This document shows positions 25,156-39,094 of a stretch of 64,000 nucleotides of DNA, one piece after another (positions within the stretch are counted from its first letter, which is position 1; every line of letters starts with the position of its first letter). The notes under the pieces are model-generated. The model worked only from the letters and a program-made list of their open reading frames with translations. It searched no databases and was not told the DNA's origin. Made by a program: the position numbers and the translations under genes. The DNA lies in assembly GCF_030684315.1 (NCBI RefSeq), contig NC_081360.1:38175818-38239817 (forward strand), read 5' to 3'. The DNA comes from Stegostoma tigrinum (Eukaryota).

Positions 25156-27224
25156 TCATACACAGGGCCTTTATTGTTCAAGTACAATCTGTCAGACTCA
25201 GTGGCTTACTTTGCCTTTTAGCATGGAACAAGAGCTAGCTGACTGTGATGGTGGTCAGCAATGAAGAGTTAAACTATCAGCCAAGTAGATTAGGACATGT
25301 TGCTCTTTGTTATGTCAGCGCTGCAGCAAGTACCAGCAGTCTATTTGGCAAAAACACCGCATGTGCCTCGAGCAAATGACCATGTGTGGAAATCAAATAG
25401 AAGTAATCCTTAATGGGGTGAAGGGGTGGGGTCTACAGTCAGTCAAAGAGTTTATTTGGTTACACTATAGGGCATTGATTGCTGTCAGTCAGGTGCTTCG
25501 TCCTCCCAAAGTGCAAGCATCCATGCCCTCACAGTTCAGGGTTTGGACTACGGTCAGGTCTGCAATTTAAATGCCAGCAGTTCAAGGATTACAGGTAGGG
25601 CAGTAAGGGTGCTGTTAATGTATCAGTCTGGAGAGTGGATCTTGGTCAGTTCTGGTAGTTTGGTTGATAATGGTTGGGAGGCTTATCTAGGGGCAGTCCT
25701 GGGGGCTGCATACATCTGAAATCTGTCATTGTGTTTCACTGTACTCAGTCTCCAAGGGAATGGTCATTGTCATGGGGGAAACTGCAGGTGCTTGGTTGGC
25801 ACTTACTTGTGAATGGGAGGAAACTGGGCGTTCTGGAAAGTTGGAGGGACATGCAAAGTACAAATAGGTCAGGAACACTCTCGCACATCCCGTGAGGGGA
25901 ATGTCGAGCAAGTGCATTGAACTTTCCAAATTTATCAGTTTGTAGGGTTAAAGTGGGGTCATTGAGAATTGTGTAAAGGGTGTTCAGCAGAACTAGGAGA
26001 GATTGAAAGGTCATGGGCTACAGCAACAGCAACACAAGAGCAAAACATTATGTGTTCAAAAATGTACATGTTCATGATTTAATGCTTCTCAGATACTTTA
26101 TCACATAATACAAACTCACAGCAGGAATTCTGAGGTCAGGGTGCTCCACCACAATATTCTGTTTTCCCAGATACAAAGTGTAACTTGTGCTACCGATACG
26201 CAAAGTTTCATGTCATGAGCACAATTTGGTACATATCGAAAACTGAGAATATGAAGGTGAATAAACAGATTAGATTTTGTCTCAGAGTTTAGCTTCAGAT
26301 AACTTAAAAGAAAATTGTATTAATTCTTGGTAGAAAATGTGATTGAATTAGTAAAAAGTTGGCACATAGTATTTTCACAAGACATTAATTGGTTGCTGTG
26401 TTTGAGTTCAATGCTATAAGTTTAAACTTAATTTTGAATTTTAATTGATTATACTATCACCTCTACCTAAAAGTAAATTACGGACTCACCTTTGTGTATG
26501 ACAATTTCTTGGAGATATAAGTAAAAGCTAGTATTGCTACTGATATTATTCATGCTTTTACAATATTTGACGTTCACAAAAGCATTGTATTGATTACTTT
26601 AGTGTCCTAAGCAGATTGTGCAGGAGAGATAGCTTATGTTAAACTTCGATTAGATCGTTAGCATTAGCCTTCCAAACAAAAGAGCATTACTTTGTACTGT
26701 ATTAATGCTTTATTAATCCACTTTTGTAAGAAGCTTTTGAATTCCCAATTCAAGCAAATCCTGATGCTTTCCTGATTATTTTATTTTATAATTCATTCTT
26801 TCTGTTGAATTAAAATGTTTCAGTCAGCTAGAAACAACATGAAAAGTTTTGTTTACTTTAAATATTTATGCAAATATGTGTAAACTTGTTAAAATAACCA
26901 AAGCACTTCACAGCCAATGACACAATTTTTGAAGTGTCATAATGTGGGATCAACCCTCAGCTGATACCTCAGATAATAAGGTACCATGGTTGGTGGTGTT
27001 TAAGTTAAATTGATATATAAGGCAACCTTTTTTAATGACAAAAATAAGGTTTAAGACAGTACTTGGTATATAAGTTGCCTCTAATTATCTGCTGGAAAAG
27101 ATTATCTTTGCAGTAGGAAACAGCCCCAGTTTTTGTTACATCAGAAACCCATTCTGACCTATCTTTGTTCTATCAAATGTAGGCAACCCCTCCATTCAAA
27201 TTATTAACATAAATTGCAAGTAGT

Positions 27225-27760
27225 TGAGTCCATAGCACTGATATAGTTTGTTTCCCTCAAAATAACCCATTTATGCCAATTCTCTGCTTCCTGTAATTTT
27301 GCATGCCTGCCAATTTATTAGCACCAACATCACGAGTCTTCTGCAGTAACCTGATGTGCTATTTTGTCAACAATCTTAATTTGTACACAAACTATACCTA
27401 TTTATCAATGCTGATTGTTAGATCCTCAAACATCATCAATATATTTCTCAAATATGTTTATCCTTTCATAAAACCATATTGACCCTATCAGATTGTATTA
27501 TGATTTTCCTTGCTCTTATTTCCTTAATGATGGGTTCTATCATTTTCTCAACGACAGATGTTAAATTAGTTGCACTACAGTTTGCTAATTATTGTCTTCC
27601 TCCTTGCTTGAATAGTTGTGTCTGTTTGTACGTTTGGATTAGTTGGGAACTTTCAATAATCCCAAAAATTTTTGAAAATCACAAAAAAACTATCATTTTT
27701 GCAGCCTTTAGACCCTAGGATGCAAGCCAGGGGACTTGGCACTTTTTAGTCCTTTACTTC
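27225..27760 (-). mobile_element. Ancient CR1 RT-region fragment
   Basis: Decayed similarity to 20050-20595 (acagatgttaaattagttgcactacagtt; tcataaaaccat). Confidence 0.55.
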
Positions 27761-28327
27761 TATATCAACTCTATATTGTCCACATCAACTCTAATCTCCC
27801 AGCCTACCTTGATCCTTTACGATTTGCTATGCATGCTTCCAATCACCTCACCTGCCATTTTTATTTTATATTTATTTAACTAATTGGCTTGTGATTTAGA
27901 ATATCACTCAGTGATTATCCACAGTTATACATTGAAATTTAAGGTGTTAAAGTGAGCATTATGTACATCTCCTCATTTTAGTTTAAACTACTGCCCTAAT
28001 TTAGAAGCAAAAAAACCTTACAACTCAGTAATTTTTGACCTACACACTGAATTTATCCTTATCAACTTCCATTTTCAAGACTTATTATCTCCTTCACTCC
28101 CTCTCTTGGTCCACTCCTTTCTGTAAAAGGTCAGAATAGGATTTCCTCCCTCTAAATTCTCTCTCTTCACAAAATTCCATTATTTAACAAATTTCCAGAT
28201 TTAAGCATTCAGCTTTGCTGCACTCAATGGTGAGCTGTCACATGCATGGCACTTACAGGCTGTGCTGGCAAAAAGATGTGCATGTGGCTTATGGCATTCT
28301 CTGGCAAAAAGCATGAAGTGTGATCAG

Positions 28328-28407
28328 ATCTAGGCCAGAAACAACAGCTTTTGTGCTCCTAAGATGCTGCTTGGCCTGCTGTGTTCATCCAGCCCCACAC
28401 TTTGTTA
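28328..28407 (+). mobile_element. PLE family A pLTR fragment (tail-less end)
   Basis: tctaggccagaaacaacagcttttgtgctcctaagatgctgcttggcc...cacactttgtta. Confidence 0.85.
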
Positions 28408-28884
28408 GCATGAAGTGTGATGTTTGGTTTCATGTTGGAGGTTGTAGCCTTTGCTGACTTGTCTAATAACTTGTGTAGTGAGGGAATTCTGTGTTAATAT
28501 AAAAAATACAGTGTTTGAATGGAAGAAGAAATCTGCCCTGAAGAAGATGTTTATTTCAAAGGGGCATGAGAACAGGGACCACCACTGGCCCAAACTTGTG
28601 AAGCATTAATCAGAATGGTACTTGCAAAACATCAGAATAATTAATCGTCACTGGAAATGCAATGCATATGTATGTACTTAAGTGGAACAAATCAAACCCT
28701 TGACTCCAAAGATCAAAGATCACACAGTAACAAATTTTTGGTGGAGCTACATTATGGGCTAAATGGCCAATTTCTGCTCCTATGTCTTGTACTTTTTATG
28801 GAAGATAACTGCCCAGTGTTGAGAATGAAAATGAATATCACTCAAAATGACCAGTTCCTGGTGATTTCTCCTCAGAAAACTGCC

Positions 28885-29000
28885 GTGCTCATTTACAAGC
28901 AAGTTCTGAATATGTAGGACCACGAGGTTATGGTCGAGGAGAGGGTGCAGAGGAGGGTTGTTGTCCTTCCTGGTACATGAGGTGACAATGCCAAGTTCAT
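28885..29000 (+). pseudogene. Harbinger Myb/SANT-like ORF relic
   Basis: 28918-28971 reads DHEVMVEERVQRRVVVLP, aligning with the VLVNGLVERMASLFP relic at 5841. Confidence 0.4.
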
Positions 29001-29199
29001 TACCCACCCCCTTAAAGACACAGCCCTCTCGACTATGGAGTGTCTTACACCTGCATGGCCCCTACCCATCCATTCTTTACCATATCGGCCCCTTGGCGAT
29101 ATTGTTGCTGCCCTTTACACTTTACATTTGTTGTCCTTCCTTCCTCTCAAATTGCAGCCCCAAATCCCAAAAAATAGCTTGAAAAATCAGCCAGGAAGT

Positions 29200-29915
29200 G
29201 CCAGGCAATGATCCACTGCAGCATGACAGAATCTAACCATCTCCCTTTATATTCAATAGCTTTACCATCACTGCATTCTCCAGTATCAACATCCTGGATT
29301 TTCCAAGTGACCAGAAACTATGTAAATAGTATTGCTGCCAAATGCAGGTCAGAGGCTAGGAATAACTTATCTCGTGACTCCCAATATCTTTCAACCAGCT
29401 ATAATGCACAAGCGAGGAATGCGATGGAATACTGTCCACTCGGTTGGATGAGTACAACTCCAGCCAAAAGTTTTAATGCCATTCCAAAACAAAACAGTCC
29501 ACTTGACAGGCATCACATCCAGGAATGTAAGCATTTACTCCCTCCACCATCAATGCATAGTGATAACAGTGCATGCCACATAAAAAGTGCAATGCAGTGA
29601 CTCATCAAGGCTCTTTCATCAGTACATTCAGAACGTCACTCTTTATAGTCTAGAAGGGATAGGGCAGCAAATTACAAAAAAGAAACACCACCTGCATATT
29701 CCATCTAAGACATATACCACTCCTATATTTCTGTTCCTTCACTGTTCAGGTAACAATGTCCTGAAATTCCATTTTCAGCAGCACTATGGGGATAACTGCC
29801 TCAGACGGATTGCAGCAGTTCAAGAAAGCAACTCACCAGCCCCTTCTCAAGGATAATTTGAGATTGACAACAAATGTTTGTCCATCTTATAACTCTTACA
29901 TCAAATGAAATAACA
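29200..29915 (+). mobile_element. Decayed L2/CR1-group LINE 3' part
   Basis: LSTSYNAQARNAMEYCPLGWMS; reverse-complement homology to 6110-6800. Confidence 0.75.
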
Positions 29916-30789
29916 AAGAGAATTTGAACATGAAAAATTTGGATAATTTTTTGTGGTGATTCAGAGAAAATTACCAAGTTTATAATGATAGAAAATGAGT
30001 GAAGATAAACTGTTCTGTAAATTCACTGAGAAAGTTTCCAGATCAATTACTCTTGAGACGCATTCACTCTTCAGGTGCCCTGGTTAGTGTAAGTTGTTGC
30101 TAAGTGGTTTATGTTGCTGGCATGTTCTTCAAAGGTCTGCAGGAAAATGTCAAAGTGGTACAAGGACCTATGATCAAGGAGTAAGCAAAATGCTCTGTTC
30201 TTTGCGATTTCTATTAGATGGTCATGGTAAATCGAAGATTTGGCACTGTAGTGCTTTTTTTTCAATTCGTGTGAGCTAATTTCTCATTGTTCAAAGTGAG
30301 CTTTTTCATTCATCCTGTAATGATAAAAGAATGAATGAAAAATTGACCATTATTACAATTTCAGTGGTATTGTGAAGAGATGTGTGTGAAAGATTATCTT
30401 TAAAGTTTCAAGATATTATTCACTGTGGATCAATGAATCGCTGTTATATCATGGATTAATTACATTTGTCTTAAATTTTTCTTCATGAGTAATTGAAATG
30501 AGTTATTGCTAGTCCATTTCCCATGACATTGTATATGCTAGCCTCTCATTGACACAACGTCTTTATGTTGTTGTCATTTCTCTTCTTTTCTCTACTTTTC
30601 CACTCCTCTGAACTCTTCACTTTTATTGTCCAAATTTATTGGCTTCCTTTTCTTCTTCTCTTCACATGGAGGATGAATGAAGATACACACTTGATGGGAC
30701 AAGATACCACCAAAAGCTACAGATTACATTCGGAGTGGAACGTTTGTACTGAATGCGACTCTTCTCATTGACCCATTGTAGCTAATGGA

Positions 30790-31140
30790 ATGTGGGGCAA
30801 TATCACATAGAAAACATGCCTGTACTTGAAACAAGCTTTGTCATATCTCTGCAACTCATTCAGGCAATTACATGCCACTTTCTGGCTTTCTCAACAAATC
30901 CAGACTACCCTGACCCATTATCCCCAATGTACAGGCCAATGTTTATCCTTAAACAACATTACAATTAAGAGACAGCCTCACAGATTGTGAGAATTTACTT
31001 AGCATTCATTATCTACCATATTTCCTACCCCGCAACTGCAGCTATTATGAAAAATTAAAGTATATTGTTGGCTGTAAAACCCTTTGAGACAACCAATAGT
31101 CATGAAATGTGCTGTATGAATTGAAAACTTTTTAAAAAAT
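30790..31140 (+). mobile_element. Old SINE (possibly Deu-domain type) with L2-type tail
   Basis: ttggctgtaaaaccctttgagac...catgaaatgtgctgtatgaatt; family assignment uncertain. Confidence 0.45.
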
Positions 31141-32166
31141 ATATAGTGCTGCTAGAGGTTCAAAGGGCTCAGGAGGGTGGGGAAGGTGTATAGCATTCCA
31201 CTTTAACCTGCCATTCCCCACCCTAAACCTTTCCAGTAGCCTCTACATAGAGCAGTAACCTTTATAGTTCCAGTCTTTCATCTCTCTCTAACAATTACAA
31301 TCAACCCCATCTTCATACCATCTCACACCCATGTTTCACAGTCATCTTCCATGACTTTTGTTCTTCCCTACTCTCCACAGAATCTATTCAGCGTACTCAC
31401 AACTCTGAGATTTCTCTCCTTGCAAGAAGTGACGGTGCAGAGCTCCATGGAGAGGAACTGGTTCCTCCCTGGTTTTAGCACCTTGACAAGAATTGGCAAA
31501 ACATGCTTTCCTGGTCCATTGGGAAGATGGCTGCAGCTACCAGCCATGACTTGCCAAACCTAGGAGGCACTGGTGTACACATATGTGAAGGGGAGTCATC
31601 CTCTGGTTATAATCTCTGTGTGGGAAATCTCACTTCTTCTGAGCTGGATACCTGTACCACACCTTTTCCTATAGAACATCATCTGCCTGAGGAAAAGGCT
31701 GTGGCAATACTTATGGGATTGTTGGTGCTGCTGCTGTTGCTGTTCCTCTTATTCTTAATCAGAATCCAAAGTAGAGCTGTGTAATCTATTCGCACACTAT
31801 AGCAAAGGTTGAATGCAGGAAATGTCAGATCAGGTCAAAGTCCAAAGTAATTGAAAAAGAAAAAAAAAACTGTGAAGCAGTGAAAACACACTCAGAGGTA
31901 TTGCTGTATCTAACAGCTTCTCCGTATACAGGGATGAAGTTATTCAGTTTCACTCTTTGAAGGCTTCCCAACTTGTCAGTTTCTTTGGAGAAGTATTCTC
32001 CATCCTACATGCACCTGGTTGATCCAGGCAATTTCCACACACCTCAGAAAATCTCAGTGCTAACTGTTAAGGTCAGAAATTGGAATTGAATCCTGAGAAT
32101 CAGTTCCAAATGAATTCCCATTCACGTGGAAATCTGCTTAAATTAAAGCCAGAAATGGGCAGGTTC

Positions 32167-32365
32167 TTAGGTAATGGGAACTGCAGATGCTGGAGAATCC
32201 GAGATAACAAAATGTGGACCTGGATGAACACAGCAGGCCAAGCAGCATCTTAGAAGCACAAAAGCTGACGTTTCGGGCCTAGACCCTTCATCAGAAAATG
32301 TCAGCTTTTGTGCTCCTGAGATGCTGCTTGGTCTCCTGTGGTCATCCAGCTCCACTCTTTGTTAT
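32167..32365. mobile_element. Palindromic mini-PLE family A
   Basis: Tailed minus arm plus tail-less plus arm; perfect 13-bp TSD aatgggcaggttc at 32154-32166 and 32366-32378. Confidence 0.92.
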
Positions 32366-32724
32366 AATGGGCAGGTTCATGCTGGGATTAACACAATGCC
32401 TGCTCTTACTCACTCACTTCCTCAAGTGGTTCATTGAGTTCAATTGGAATAATGTATGTAGACAAAAGAGAAAGAAGACTTCACCATCTTCCTGGACAGA
32501 TGTATTTAAATGTGAGAGAATATGGACCAAGATATTCCAATGGGCAGACAGTTGTTTCTGCAACATGGAGTGGGTTGTTTGTCAGGAGTATGTAGAATCC
32601 AAGATACAGCTGACTCTGATGAGAGACTCCCATACGTGTGGAGTCACCCGAATGAAACATAGAGAGGGCACACGTGCACTTAAACTAATATTTACTCAGA
32701 AAAGGTTACAGGATTGAAAACCAG

Positions 32725-32855
32725 NNNNNNNNNNNNNNNNNNNNNNNNNNNNNNNNNNNNNNNNNNNNNNNNNNNNNNNNNNNNNNNNNNNNNNNNNNNN
32801 NNNNNNNNNNNNNNNNNNNNNNNNNNNNNNNNNNNNNNNNNNNNNNNNNNNNNNN
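32725..32855. other. Assembly gap (131 N)
   Basis: Run of n. Confidence 1.
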
Positions 32856-33751
32856 ATAGGTCCACCATCCTGACCTGCCCTAATTACTCCATCACTTACC
32901 TTGCACCCTGGCATCCTACTTACCAGGTACCCTAACCGAAGAAAATAACTTCATACCTATTTTACATGCTTTTCTTTTCACAGGAACTGTCAAAGCGGTT
33001 GCCTGTGTTGCCGGATATTTAAATCACAGAACTCCTGTACACTGACTACTGCAAAAGCAATAGCTGCTAGGCTGATTCTCTTCTGGACTCCTGAAGAGGT
33101 TTGTGACAGAAGGCTCTTGTCCAGGAACCTCTTGCACAAAAATCATCAAAGGATAAATAGGCAAGTTTTAATCCAATCCAGAAAAGAGATAGGGTTTTCA
33201 ATCCTGCTCAGAATATCTGGGCCAATGTCTTTGTATTCTGTTGTAAAGCCCAGGACAGAATTATTCCTTTAGCAGTCTCCTAATTTTTGAAATTTTCCAC
33301 TGCCCTCCTCTACTGAGCATTTCAATTTCCAACAACTAGATTATATGTTTTTTGTGTGTTGAAACGCTGACTCATTTAAGACAGTATGCAATCATTGGGG
33401 ATAAAACACTCCCAATGTTATTTTCCCTAATGGGCACTAGCTAATCAGTGAGCTGCTGTAGACTTACTTGCACAAAATATGTTATCTAACTTTCAAATGT
33501 TTGAGGATTCATAGTTTTTGGAGAAATGATGAGCCAGTTCTTGTAACCTGTAAATACTTGCAGAGATAAAATAAATGACAAATTGTTTACTTTACAGGAA
33601 AAATTCTTTCATTACACCTGATCGTGGTGATCCTCATGAACACTAGATCACCTAAGTCACTGATGAACCCACAAATTTAGAAATAACAGCTGGCAGAACA
33701 CACCTTTTATAAACAAAAACAAAAGAATCTGAGTTTCAGCAGTGGGATGCC

Positions 33752-34078
33752 AATTATGGCAGTTCAATGGTTAGCACTGCTGCCTCACGGCACCAAAGAG
33801 CGGGGTTCAATTCTACCCTCGGGCAACTGTCTGTGTGGAGTTGGCACATGTACTCTGGATCTGCATGGGTTTCCTTTGGGTGCTCAGGTTTTCTCCCACA
33901 ATCCAAAGACTGTGCAGGGTAGGTGGATTGGCCATGCTAAATTACTTATAGTGTTCGGGGAGGTGTAGGTTAGGCGCATTCGTCATGAGAAATGCAGAGT
34001 TATAGCGATACCGTAGGGTGTGTGTGTTGGTGTGGACTTGTTGGGCCAAATAGCCTGTTTACACTCTGTAGGGATCCT
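33752..34078 (+). mobile_element. HE1-type V-SINE
   Basis: tggttagcactgctgcctcacggc...ggttcaatt; V-domain; tail ggacttgttgggccaaatagcctgttt. Confidence 0.88.
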
Positions 34079-35411
34079 TTAAAAAATAACATCCTAGAAC
34101 ATGACAACTGGAACAGAAAGTGCTTGCTGTAATTTCCCAACTTGGAAGGTCAGTTTGGAGGCAGGACAGGAAGCAAAGTTGTAAATGAAGCAGTAAGTCA
34201 GCCATCTAACATATTTCCATCTCTAAGAGTTTTTGCCAGTTGTTGGGTCAATGCAGCAGTGGTTAAGGGCCAAACAGTGCCAGGGAGCCAATTAGGTACA
34301 TTAACTGGCCACTTGTTACAAGGTCATTGCACCACTCTTGACCATTCTTTTGAATCATGGTTGAGCTTCCCACCAGACAGGGGCCAATTAACTAGAAGTG
34401 GCTTCCCAACCATAGGCTATAGGGTCATTGACACCTTCTTTCACTCACTACAGCACAGATTTATTAAAATGTGAAAACCACAACGGCAAACCCTTAAATA
34501 GCTTAACAGCTATGGCCATGTGTTGTTTTAAATTTTTCCCCGTTGCTGCATACATCACCTTAACTCTGAGACACCCTCATGATCTTGAGCCTGTCTTTGT
34601 AATGGCCATTGCTCCCAGTCAGACCAGTAGCTAGCCTTTGCTGCAGTCCCTCCATTAGGACCTCCTGCTTTCTTGGTCAGCGTGAATTGGATGGAACTTC
34701 TAGGAGCAATTTTAGAATTGGTCACTCCCAGAAAGATGTCAATCGAAGACCTGCCGTGGTTACTTCCAAATTGTCAACACAGATTTAATGTTGATGTCAG
34801 GGATTGTGACTGACAAAGTACAATTCAGGCCAGTGTGTGTTTGTCTTCCCTCAATTTCTGATTTTCTTTCCTTCCTTCACTGCACTGTTGATGTGCATTT
34901 TTTTGGGAGCAAGGTGCTAACTCACATTATTTTAGCCATGTTAACTTGTTGTTTGCGTGACTTTGCTGACCGCAACTTGGCCACTGTATAGCATTCAACA
35001 GAGACGACGCTCCGAAAGAACTTCCTTGGCTCTAAAGCACTCTGGGATATTCTGAGGCTTTAAGAATTTAAAGTTTTAGTTTCTGTAGTACGGGGCTGAC
35101 TTTGTGTAACTAAGTCTACTGTACACACATACAGGTGATGAGAGCCTGGAAAGAGAACAAAGGAACCTGCCGTGATGATAGTGGGCTTAGTTTTCTGTTC
35201 TTGAATGCCTCTTAATGAATCATCCAAAAAAATTCATAATGGTGAAGAATATTGTGAAAATATGAAATATTGCTTCAAGATATGAGATGTTTTGAAGGTG
35301 TTTCTGAGGACATCTGTTTAAATTGGGGATTTTGTAAACAAAGTGCAGTTGTAGCCAGTTCTTTCACATATATCTGAGGCACTCCAGATGGAGGTGAACA
35401 ACAGGGTAGCC

Positions 35412-35413
<2 letters not shown>

Positions 35414-35445
<32 letters not shown>
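35414..35445 (+). repeat. (CA)16 microsatellite
   Basis: Directly visible. Confidence 0.98.
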
Positions 35446-35447
<2 letters not shown>

Positions 35448-38089
35448 GAAAGAAGAAACATCTCAGATCATGACAGAGAAAATTTTCTTTGAAAGGAATG
35501 TAGTCCTGGATCCTTGATCATGCTCTAACATTGTACTGCTGCTCAAAGTGGCACTATCACACATCTATCACATTTGAATTGCAGTAAGTGCCACCATCTG
35601 GGCTCTCAAATAGGCAAAAGTAGCTATGACAGTTCAAAGCACAATGGCACAATTTGCAATCACAGAAGACAAGATGAAAAGGTCTTTATCTTTCAAATAT
35701 GTGAGTAGAGAAGTGGAAAATATGGATGAAACTACCTTCCATTTTGTAACTTTTTTGTGGTACCATATGTTTATGACAGGGAGAAATAAAGCGTGAGGGG
35801 GGACGGTTGGACCAGGGTTTCAGTACTTTAGAACAACATAACAGAAGTACTCAAAAAACTAGACCCAGCAGCAGAGGTAGGAATTTTGGTAGTTATTTAG
35901 TAGCTTTAGACTATTTAACTGATGGAAATTTATAAGCAAATGGAGAAAATTATTTAGTAACAGACTTAAGGTACATTGATTGAAAAAAAATGGAAGTAAA
36001 AATCACTTGCGGAATTCAAATTCTTAAAGCCCTAATAGTGTAGTGAGCTATATCTTTCATAGTCAATGCTTTGGGCAAAAATGGTGCAAGTTTAATTCAA
36101 TAGTTATGAGTTTTATCAAGTTTAGTTGTTAAAAAAAAAGGCATTGAATACAAACAGAGCATAGATCTGATCACACTGTTTTGAACTTGGTGCAAAAGTA
36201 TCTCAGATGAGAAAAAAAATCAATGATTGAAGTCATGCTAACCATGAAGTCAATGAATCTGATTGATAAAAATCCATATTGAGAAATTCTACCCACAGAT
36301 CCTTTAGAAATCCAGTGTCATATTTTGAAAGGAATATCTTTGTCTAACTCTATGAACCTACCATTTTGGTAAAGGAAAGATGGATTTTGTAGTGAAAACG
36401 GCATTTTAAAGAACAGAAACTTCAATAATTTTCACTTTTAGTACTATGGCAACAGTCTTTATAAAAACACCTTTAATCCACAAAGAATACAAAAATATGC
36501 AAAAAAATTAGCACAGTACAAGAAGACTATATCTCTAATAATCGTCTTCTAATCAAGAAATGAATCAGCAACCTTGAGTACCTATTGTAAAGTTTATCTT
36601 TTGGACCAAAGGCTTAAAAATGGAAAAATGACACTGTTTTAAGCCAAAAAAAAGTAAGAAGATGTTTGCAGTTTAAAGAAAACAAGTTATTGTAGCACAT
36701 TGTGAGTTCTATGTCTGATGTTGCCTTATTGAAGCAGTGAGGGAGATGCCCAGACAAGTTGGCACTAATTGTGTGATACAGATTTTTGATTAACTTTTCA
36801 ATTGGCACCAATTATAGGTTTGCGAGAGTTCAGCATAGTAACAACTTCCTGAGTAGTTTCCAGGAAGATGACACGCAGTCCTTTGTGTGAACAATGAAGC
36901 AGAAGAAAAATCTAGTGTGGAAAGAGAAAACACCAATTTCTCGTTCTCTCCCTTCTGTGTGGCAAATTAAATGAAAATCCCTCGCAACTTTCTTCAATAA
37001 GCTGCTGTCTCTGCAAATACTCCGTCACAAGGAGAAAGGAAAACCACCTTCAGAGATGCTGAAAGGGGTCAACTGGCAACCAGGGAATGGAAGGCCGAAA
37101 ATCTGTACACCCACAGTCTGGTGTCATCAGCAATGTTTTGAATGAATTGAAAGAAAGCAAAAGGAAATAATTCATCAAAGTCTGCAGTCTGAAATGACGC
37201 TTCAAACTGATTTTTCCTAAATTGTTTTGTGGTCCACCATAATATTGTGTCTTGCCCATCTTTGTGTGCCTGTTATACAGTACTACACCAGAAATGGTAT
37301 CTCCAAACTTGGTTGGACATAGCAATAAGCAATTGCTGAAGAGAGGGAAAGTACATGAGAACAGCTTGCTTTACAGTGATTCCTGGCCTCCTTTACAACC
37401 AGGCACTGAGGAATGCTTGGGAAAGCACTCAAAGTGGGCAATTCAGCACCCAACATCAAATCCAATATCAGGGACTTCTCATAGTCTGTTGGACTTCACC
37501 ATTGGACTGCTGCTGTGGTAATTAATATCGAGCTCCGAGTACCAGCTGTCACAAGGGGTCCTCAACAGGCAAAAGACGTAAAACTCACTTATTTGAATAT
37601 ATCTAAGTAGTTTTAGCTAATCACTCTATTAAGCTAATAAGTAATTTTAATATATATTTAAATAGTTGAAGCTAATAAATTTGCATTTTATCCAAGCGTA
37701 CACAACCTGTATGCATTTTCATCAGAACTTAAAAAAAAGTTAAGACTCTTTAGCTGAACATTATGTCTGTGAATATGTATTTGGGAATTTTTTCAAAAGG
37801 TGTAACATTTAAGCTATGCAGTTAGAGATTAGCAATTTAACCTTTTGCCATTGGTTAAAGTAATTGTAATAATCAGTTACTTACTTGTTAATGGTCAGGG
37901 GGTAGTGCAGTCTGATAAGCATAATGTTTAACCTAAATAAGATCGCTAGATTTGAGAAATTCAGTGGTTTAACCAAGTTTTCGAATCATGAACGCCTCAA
38001 GGTAGAGTGGCGCTGGAATTACAGCGCAGCATCCCCACTATATAGGAAGAACATCAGATCATGTGTTCTTTAAGCAAGAGACCAATGGC

Positions 38090-38600
38090 ATACTAGCCCT
38101 GGAGCGTGTCCAGCGGAGATTCACACGGATGATCCCTGGAATGGTAGATTTAACGTATGATGAATGGCTAAGGATCCTGGGATTGTACTCATTAGAGTTT
38201 AGAAGGTTGAGGGGAGATCTAATAGAAACTTACAAGATAATGTATGGTTTAGAAGGGGTGGGCGCTAGGAAGTTGTTTCCGTTAGGCGGGGAGACAAGGA
38301 CGCGTGGGCACAGCCTTAAAATTAGAGGGGGTAAATTTAAAACTGAAATGAGATGACATTTCTTCAGCCAGAGAGTGGTGGGCTTGTGGAATTCATTGCC
38401 ACGGAGTGCAGTGGAGGCCGGGACATTGGATGCTTTCAAGGCAGAGATCGACAAATTCTTGATCTCAGAAGGAATCAAGGGCTAATGGGAGAGTGCAGGG
38501 AAGTGGAGTTGAAATGCCCATCAGCCGTGATTTAAACGGCAGAGTGAACTTGATGGGCCGAATGGCCTTACTTCCACTCCTATGTCTTATGGTCTTATGG
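38090..38600 (+). mobile_element. Relatively young CR1 3' fragment
   Basis: ALERVQRRFTRMIPGM...LGLYSLEFRRLRGDLIETYKI; CpGs retained; ends in tcttatgg repeats. Confidence 0.95.
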
Positions 38601-39094
38601 AGAAGCAAATATCATTTAACAGCCTCATGACAGTTTTTCATCAATTTTCGCATCAAGGACAAATCCAACACTGGTGACATCACTGTTCACAAATGCCATC
38701 TCCTAAATAGAGTGTGGATAGCTTATTTAATCTTCTTTATGTACCATTGAACCATGTAAGCATGGATACATATGACAACAGCATATTTATGACAAAATTA
38801 TGTTTGATTAATTAGATAAATCTATCACAACTTTTTCAGTCGATCGATGATCTACTCTGGAATGAGCAGTTCAAATAGCAGTGGATACATAGTCCAGAAG
38901 TTTATTCAAGAAGCATTTACAACAAAACTTCCACTGAATCCATAACATCCTACAGAACAAGTTGACTGAAGCACAAAAGAGTATTCAACCAGACGAAACT
39001 GAACTTTCATTTGAATAATATACTGAATACAAGAACTTCCATGCAACTGATTTAGATACTAATGATGAAGAAGAAACTGCTGTAACCATTTAAA

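Noticed and set aside
38010-38027. gcgctg-gaatta-cagcgc hairpin
   Set aside because: A single 6-bp stem is expected by chance in 64 kb
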